A stretch of DNA of 64,000 nucleotides from Pocillopora damicornis. Lineage: Eukaryota. The DNA is taken from positions 868,001 through 932,000 of the forward strand of contig NW_020846357.1 in NCBI RefSeq assembly GCF_003704095.1, in the 5' to 3' direction. This document shows positions 57,094 to 64,000 of the stretch, piece by piece. Numbering within the stretch: position 1 is the first letter of the stretch; each line of letters opens with the position of its first letter. The translations under genes were made by a program, and so were the position numbers. A model generated the notes under the pieces. The model saw only the letters and a list, made by a program, of their open reading frames with translations. It was not told where the DNA came from and did not search any database.

Positions 57094-57978
57094 ATGGGGG
57101 TTTTAGAAATACTAACATATGTTGGTCTCTCTGTCTCGAGTTTCAGTTTTCTGTTAGTCTTAGTGACTTACTCACTTTTTAAACAGCTTCGAACTTTACC
57201 CGGAATCAACTTGATGAATTTCTCTATGGCACATTTGTTGGCAGACCTACTTTTCCTTCTAGCAGGAAGTGCAACGAAGCTCACATGTACAATAATCGCC
57301 ATTTTAATGCACTATTTCTTTCTGGCGTCCTTCACCTGGATGTCATTCATCGCGTTTGAAACGTGGCGAACTTTTTCCACAATCTGCATACAGCGCAGAA
57401 ATCTGACCAGAAGTGAAAAGTGTCTTAGTTTAATGCGAAGAATTGCAGTGGGATGGCTTCCTGCTTTTGCTGTTGTGGCAGTGTGTGTAGCAATTCACCT
57501 GTTCGACGCTGATACGTTTCTTTACGGCGCCCGCGCTACTTCGACCAAATTCTGCTGGATAAACAATTCAACTGCGCTATTGTTCGCGTTCGCTCTGCCA
57601 GTATTTATTGCCATACTGTTTAACATTGTACTCTTTTCCTTGACTGTGATAGCTATACGAAAAACAAACCGTCAACTGAGAGAAGCAACATACCATGCAA
57701 AAAACCGCATAACTGCGGCTGTGTTCGTTAAGATTTTCAGTTTGATGGGCTTCACATGGATTTTTGGCTTTTTGCAACCGTTACACAGAAGCTTTGCATA
57801 CCCATTTGTCATATTTACCACTTTCATGGGACTGTATGTAGCGCTGGCGTTTGTGTTTACGCCAAAAATCATGAGTCTATATCGCGCCATGCTGTGCACT
57901 AACAAAACTGAGGTGGTTCCTTTTGGAGCTGAAGTAAATAACAGCGCCCCTAAACATGAAAGGCAAAAAAACTCATGA
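57094..57978 (+). CDS. Adhesion/secretin-class (family B-like) GPCR 7TM region with no GPS/GAIN or ectodomain; may be a truncated gene or pseudogene
   Basis: TYVGLSVS (TM1), LRTLPGINLMN (ICL1/TM2), HYFFLASFTWM (TM3), GWLP (TM4), CWI (ECL2), LMGFTWIFG (TM6) and TM7 all present. In-frame stops upstream at 57001 and 56992. Confidence 0.8.
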   Translation: MGVLEILTYVGLSVSSFSFLLVLVTYSLFKQLRTLPGINLMNFSMAHLLADLLFLLAGSATKLTCTIIAILMHYFFLASFTWMSFIAFETWRTFSTICIQRRNLTRSEKCLSLMRRIAVGWLPAFAVVAVCVAIHLFDADTFLYGARATSTKFCWINNSTALLFAFALPVFIAILFNIVLFSLTVIAIRKTNRQLREATYHAKNRITAAVFVKIFSLMGFTWIFGFLQPLHRSFAYPFVIFTTFMGLYVALAFVFTPKIMSLYRAMLCTNKTEVVPFGAEVNNSAPKHERQKNS

Positions 57979-60900
57979 ATGACTAGATTTATGATTTACA
58001 AAAACATAGCAAACAAAGCAGAAATTCCGTGCCTTACTATTTCCCTGCTTTACGCTGTAAAAAATTCACCTACGGTGATATAACGAAAAGGCAAAATTAG
58101 TCGTTCAAAAATGTAAAATGATGTTACTTAAAATGGAATAAAGCACACCGACCATTAGCAAAACGGACTCTTTCTCGTTTTTTGTTGTCACCATAAATTA
58201 TTACCTTTTTTATCGGGTATGAATACGAAAAAGTAAAAGCTAAGTGGAAAGAGAAGCGGAAAAAAGGTAAGCGTGCTCCTTGCCGGTCCAGCTGTAGACG
58301 GAACACATTTGACGAAACGACGTAATTATCTGCTTAGGCCAGAAGGGGAAAATATTAAGATCCGACCAGCTCAACAATGATTCTCCTTTAGTGATTTTAA
58401 AGCCATTCGTAGGTTCGATAAGCTGATTTTCAACTCTCTCACTACCTATCCGAGAGATTTCTTCCTCCCTCCATTATGCAATGACTCTAGATGCGTCACT
58501 TCAATTTATTTCAAAGGAATATCGGAGGATTTTTCGAATACATACCATCGCAGTTTTCGTTTGCATTACTCTGCTATATGGAACGACTTTAAAATTTCAG
58601 CGCTACGTGATATGATCGTTATGGCTTTTTAGTTATTCGTGCTGCAAAGTGATATTCAAATATGCGAATAAATTAGATAAATAAAGAAGTCGTCATTTGG
58701 CCGGAATGAGCATGTGTTTTTTTATGATACTTCCTTAGTTTAAATTTTCGATTTAGAAAGATCGTCTTGCTCGTTAAAACGGAATGCTTGGGATACAATT
58801 TCTTTCATTTCTCCAAGTTTGTAGAGAACTAATTAGAGATCCCATGAAATATTTTCCTTTGCTGTTGTTGGCTGTCAAGACTTCTGTATGTTTTTTTTTT
58901 TTTTTTTTTTAATGACACTCGATCGAGTAATGCTCTAAGTTTTATTTGTTCATCGCAGCTGCTGACTTTTGACCCCGGCAATACATTCATAAATTAAAGC
59001 CGTGATCCCAACGATCGGATCCTTGTTAACTGTATGTGCACACCATCCGAAAAGATTCGTCCCAACGAGAGAACCCGGCATTTATAGAGTGATCCACATT
59101 AAGCACTTTAAGTTCAGTTGACAAGATGCAAAATTCCGTCTTCTCTCAGAACCAATCAGATCTTGTTATTTGCCGAAAATTTGGCGTCTGCTTGCATTTA
59201 CATATTAGTTTTGTAATAAAGACTCGAGCAAACTACGTAATCCTCGTCAGTTTTACTCTTCATAAAGGGAAAAAAAATTGTCGTCGTTTTCACAATGATT
59301 TCGACGCCTTTGAATCTGAAAGAGTACAGGTAATCTTGTTGAGAACATTTGAAAATAAATTCATCGCGGTCCTACAGCTAGAACGAATTTCCAGTAAACA
59401 GATGGGAACATCTTGTAAAAGGAAGATTCATACGACTCGCTGGATAACAAACAGTATAGATGACAAAGGATGGAAATAAAGAGCACCCAGTCTGCTATTT
59501 CAATTCCTATTAGCTATGGGTGCCCGTCAGTCTTATCAAAACTGTTATTTATTTTGTGAAGCTAGAATTCTTATTCTACCAGTTTGCATTTAGGGGAGGG
59601 AACATGAAAGCATGGAAGAACGTATAAAAAATATTCAGCATCTTAGAGCCTTATTTCTGTTCCCTATTAAAAATCAAATGCCTAACTGAAATTTAAATAT
59701 GGGGTATTCTGAATTTTTTTTGAAAAATTTGTTTTAGGCCTGCCCTGCAGTGAGTGTAGATTTTATTTCAAAGAAGTAATAGGGAAAAATATAAAATATA
59801 AACGATTATATACTATATATTTATTGATTTTCATTCACATCTTAAAAAAATATCAAGCAGCAGAGAGTAAACAATTCACGCAAATTCAAAGTATAAGAGC
59901 GTGACATGTTGTATCGTAAAAGAAAATTCTTATCGGTTATAATCTTCTTAAAATCCTCCCAGATTACTCAGATTTAATTGGAGTATATTTAGTAACGTAC
60001 TTAAATGTAATGTTAAATAATAGATTGATTGCATGAGAGAACAGAGTCGGCTTTGTGAACCAAGGAGAGTATGGCAAAGGGTATACACGTGACGCCATAG
60101 TAAAGCGATGACCATCTATATAAGGGGGTTTTTTATTAAAATTGTGCAGTAGTTTTATACAAGGGTGTGTTCCCAGCTACTGATAATGATCCTTATTGCT
60201 TTACGCGAAAATTTTTTAATGGAATATTTTATGAAAGAACGAATATGTTAACCTCACGTACACAGAATTTTAATTGACACTTTTAGTGTGAATGTTTTGA
60301 ATGGAATATTTCATAAACCAACCGGCTGATTCAAAATTTTACAAAATGAAAGGTTCAAGTGCTGAGAAAACGTTAGATTGGTCAGGTGGAATTGAAATCA
60401 TCGTCAAACATCGTATAATAGGCTGTGACCCGCCATCGCAGTACCTAAACACTTTCAAAAGAGAAGTAATGATCATTTGTCTTACGATGTGGTCACTGCG
60501 GTTATGGATCGCGACGTTTCCAGTTGATTAGATACTAGTTGATCGAATCTTTTTCGAGTAAAGCTTCTTAGCTTCAAGGATTATACGCTGCCTCGTCCCA
60601 GGTGTCTCCCACTCACCTAGTCTGATCACTGTGGATCATCGAAGTATGTGTGAAGCTGGGGGACAGGTGCAAAGCGCACATCGAAGAAATCAAGATCGTA
60701 TTAAAAGGATCTCCAAAGAAGACCATATCTGCACTTCCAGATGTTGGTTATCGAGTTCGTACTTTCCAGAATCGTAATACTTAACTGTTTGACTTACCGC
60801 GAAAAGAGTCTTGTACGAAATGTGTGTCACTGAGAGTTGTGATTTTGGCCTGGCGAAATCTTGTCGAAGTGCACGCGTAAGACTATAGGTATAGTCTCTC

Positions 60901-61275
60901 CGCTTTATGCTGTGTTGACGATTCCTTTCCCACCTTCCGTTCCCCAGAAAATTATCCGACCTTCACCCAGGCGATAAATAAGAAATAATTCCTTCCTGAT
61001 GGATACAAGCCGTTTTACTGACTGATTCACGTACTCAAGTCCATATGTACCTTGATGGCATGTGATAAATCGTCAGCGAGACTTAGAAGCCTTGTTGATT
61101 GAATTTTGATGAGGGTTTTAGACTTGCAAACAAGATGGGATCATTAAGAACCAATCAGATTTATGTAAACAAAAAGAAAGGACTTCCCCTCGAACCTGAG
61201 TAACATAATCATAAATCGAAGATTTACACAAAGGAAATTCTTAAACTTCTCTGTTCGCTGCGGTATCCGTCTCTG

Positions 61276-63073
61276 ATGGGGATCAAAAGAATTATCATAC
61301 TTGTGTTCTTTCAGTTCATCATCCATCTCAGCGCTTTGGCTTCCGATGAAGGATGTAACACCAATTGTTCAGCATACTTTTTGACCAAAGAGAACAAGAG
61401 ACTTACGGGCTTTGTCGTGCAACGCTTCGAGTCTCAAAGTTTGTTATCATGCAGTTTGACATGTTTGCAGCAATCATGGTGTACCTCTATAAACTTCAAG
61501 CTGATTTCACTGGATGGCAAGGGGATCTGTGAATTGAATAAATCGGATTTTGATAGTGACACATGGAGCAACCTAAATGCCGTCCCAGGAGTCATTTTCT
61601 CAAAGCTCTTAAAGGTAATCTAAAAATGTGAGAAAGTATAGCACTTCATTTATAAAGGGACAATTTTGTAAAGAAACTGTGGTGCTGCACCTCGGAGGGA
61701 GGTGTTACAAGATAATAAGGTTTTACTAACTGAGTTGAGGATGTAAACTGGCCAACGTAACTTTAGAGAGCTTTACGGTAACCAATTTACATCATTAACT
61801 CAGATGATAAAACCAAATTACTTCATCTGTTAGAACGTTTATCAGGTGATCTTCTTGTATGGCATAGCTCTTTAACCATTCCTCTGTTGCTCAGTTGGTA
61901 ATGACTTTGAAAACGAAACCAGAAATGCTTGATTGGTTTCCGGATCTTCAACTGAACTTTCCCTTTTCATGTTTTGCGCGCTGGTAACAAATGTTCAACA
62001 TCTTCGTTTCTTAAATTGCGCGCATATTTTTGCCACAGGCTTACGAAAAAATCAGGTAGTGTTTGGAAAAGAAGAAAAGCTGTCCAAATACTTGACGGCA
62101 AACCAGTGTTTTTACAGCTTTATTGAATTTACAAAACCTAACATATAAAAGTTACGCTCACAAAGTCCTTTTATACAAAAAACAATAAGTTAGCTGGCTG
62201 TTAATTTTGTTCTGTCAGAAAATCTTTTCTCAATCACTAATTCTCGAATACATTAACACTTGCTACGCAACGGCGGTATTAGCTTACAGTTTTTTTGGTT
62301 TTTTCGTGCATTCGTTGTCAAATCTTTGAATCTCTTTTTGATAAATCAACTCTAATACAGGACAATGAAGCACGGTCGGATTCATTCCGTGTGCACTGAA
62401 GACGTTTGCACTATTCCTACATGAGCAATAATGAAAATGGTCACCTTACATGTACTTTATTTGTACATAATAATTTGGTTTTGTCAGAAAGTGCATAACG
62501 CTTACGTTGGCTTAAAAGCCTCTCTTTGGTGGCCAGTTCACATCATTTAATCAGTTGCTAAACACAGATTATCTCGTTATACTCCTCCACAGACGCAGCA
62601 CCAAAGTTTCTTAAGAGACTCGTCTCCTTTATTAGTTTGTACACGTGATGGTTTCAGACTGTGATTACCCCNNNNNNNNNNNNNNNNNNNNNNNNNNNNN
62701 NNNNNNNNNNNNNNNNNNNNNNNNNNNNNNNNNNNNNNNNNNNNNNNNNNNNNNNNNNNNNNNNNNNNNNNTTGTTTCAGTGGTAGCTAAGGCCCAAAAG
62801 CCCAGGCGTGGCGGAATTCTCGGCTCCCTTAGCAACGGACTGGTAACTAATTCAGGCTGGAAATGCAGTGACGGTCCGTTTCCCGGATGTAAATGGATGA
62901 CGCAGGATTTTGATGACCGAATGTGGCCGACGGCCAAAGAGATAGTATTTCACGGGCCACATTGGCCTACTTCAGTTCCTGGTATAGTCCAGGGTGCTAA
63001 GTGGATATGGAGTGCAACAGGCTCTGGTCATTTGCCACAGCCTATCGCCTATTGCAGACTAAATATGTCATAA
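61276..63073 (+). CDS. Secreted PAN/apple + CBM67/lectin-like protein, copy B (interrupted by a 100-N gap)
   Basis: Exon 61276-61614: signal peptide plus PAN (SCSLTCLQQSWCTSINF..CELN). Post-gap 62772-63073: GILGSLSNGLVTNSGWKC..FDDRMWPTA..AKWIW..YCR, paralogous to 55420-55808. Middle structure is unresolved. Confidence 0.72.
61650..61825. mobile_element. Interspersed repeat remnant, probably Penelope-derived; related fragment at about 46670-46790
   Basis: Both share GAAACTGT..TGCTGC..G.ATTACAAGATAAT..GTTGA..ATGTAAA. This copy has an internal inverted repeat (ACTGAGTTGA..TGTAAACTGG / CCAATTTACA..AACTCAG). Confidence 0.5.
62672..62771. other. Assembly gap (100 N, probably nominal size)
   Basis: N run within PAN-lectin copy B. 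Confidence 1.
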
Positions 63074-63201
63074 ATCATCGTTAATAGTATTGTGGATAAC
63101 AGATATTTTTTTCTATGGCAAATTTGGACTTGAAACCAAGTGGTGCCTTATTTCGTTGGTAGCGCTCCTCTGTTTAGAAACGAAATCATTTTCTTCTGTC
63201 T

Positions 63202-63894
63202 TTAACCTCTAAGATTGATAAGCAACTAAGACATAATTTCTCTCGAGAGTATCACCTCCAAATCAAACGTTATGGTAAGGTCGAGAGAATAGAGGAAATT
63301 ATTGCAAAACAAAGAAGCCCTTGATTGTTAGACAAATTTTTCTTGTAAGTACCATAGGAAATGTAGAGATAACTGTCTGAAGAACAAGCATACTAATGTT
63401 AGGGTGTAATGGCCGGGTTTATAGCTAGATAAAATTTGGAAATGACTGCCACCTTATTAACAGAGAGTAAAGTTATTTAAGCATGTGCGGTACATAGCAA
63501 AATTTTACCATATGCATGCCATAGCGTAGTTCGTACATAAATGGAGTTTTTTCTTAAGGAGAATAAAATATATGAGCGCCGATGAAGATTTAAAATCACG
63601 TGATCATGACCCTCGTATCTTCAATTTAGGCCTTGTGTGATTCTTACCCAATGTAACGTGGAAAATTGTTCAGTTACGTAGATGTCTTTGACTTTTAACC
63701 CCATGAATGGTCAAAACAGTATTTTTCCTTACATTATCAATACAATATCAAGCAGACAAGCGATGAGAACAAATGAAATTATCAGTTAAGGGACTATTAG
63801 TGACATCATAAAAATATTTATTAGTGACATCATAAAAATCATACGGCAAAGAGTGGGATAATTATTAATGAAATCTTGGGAGTGAAAGCGTTAA
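63202..63894 (+). mobile_element. Subfamily B (63202-63412) and subfamily A (63695-63894) MITEs
   Basis: Match to the copies at 1612 and 991. Confidence 0.7.
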
Positions 63895-63946
63895 TGTTTT
63901 TTTTTTATTATTCCAGCCGTCACAAAGATTTGATTGGGATTCATTA

Positions 63947-64000
63947 AGTAAAGTAAAGTCTTTATACAAGCCCAAGTGGCCCATGGGGCCGGGGATTAAC
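63947..64000 (-). mobile_element. 3' tail of a SINE running off the right edge
   Basis: (GTAAA)n tail followed by GCCCAAGTGGCCCA; resembles the reverse of the 48680-48872 3' end. Confidence 0.45.

Noticed and set aside
58000-61270. Additional gene between the 7TM ORF and PAN-lectin B
   Set aside because: Only short ORFs without motifs or a consistent splice chain.

Overview
Eukaryotic, AT-rich, intron-rich animal DNA. The repeat families (TTAA-flanked MITEs, CORE-type SINEs, Penelope-type hammerhead remnant) and the gene content suggest a stony coral or related cnidarian; this is inference. All exon chains were built by hand from GT-AG sites, phase continuity and recalled similarity to known proteins, with no database search. 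Genes left to right: (1) the 5' nine exons of PPWD1 (minus, runs off the left edge); (2) head-to-head with it, a 28-exon MAST kinase (about 1532 aa: DUF1908, AGC kinase, PDZ) with an apparent N-terminal SAM-like domain and a -DTRF tail; (3) four intronless genes rich in R-R/K-x-S/T sites (one CCDC190-like, three Tctex1-domain dynein light chains); (4) a melatonin-receptor-like class A GPCR; (5) a small two-PDZ gene largely missed by the ORF track, resembling MPDZ PDZ10-11, with one exon probably hidden in an assembly gap and a possible -EDYV tail; (6) two secreted PAN/apple + lectin-like genes flanking an ectodomain-less adhesion-type 7TM ORF. Best candidates for new biology: the SAM-MAST fusion, the mini-MPDZ and MAST tails that match the ligands of their own PDZ domains, the PKA-site-rich Tctex cluster, and the PAN-lectin / headless-GPCR module.
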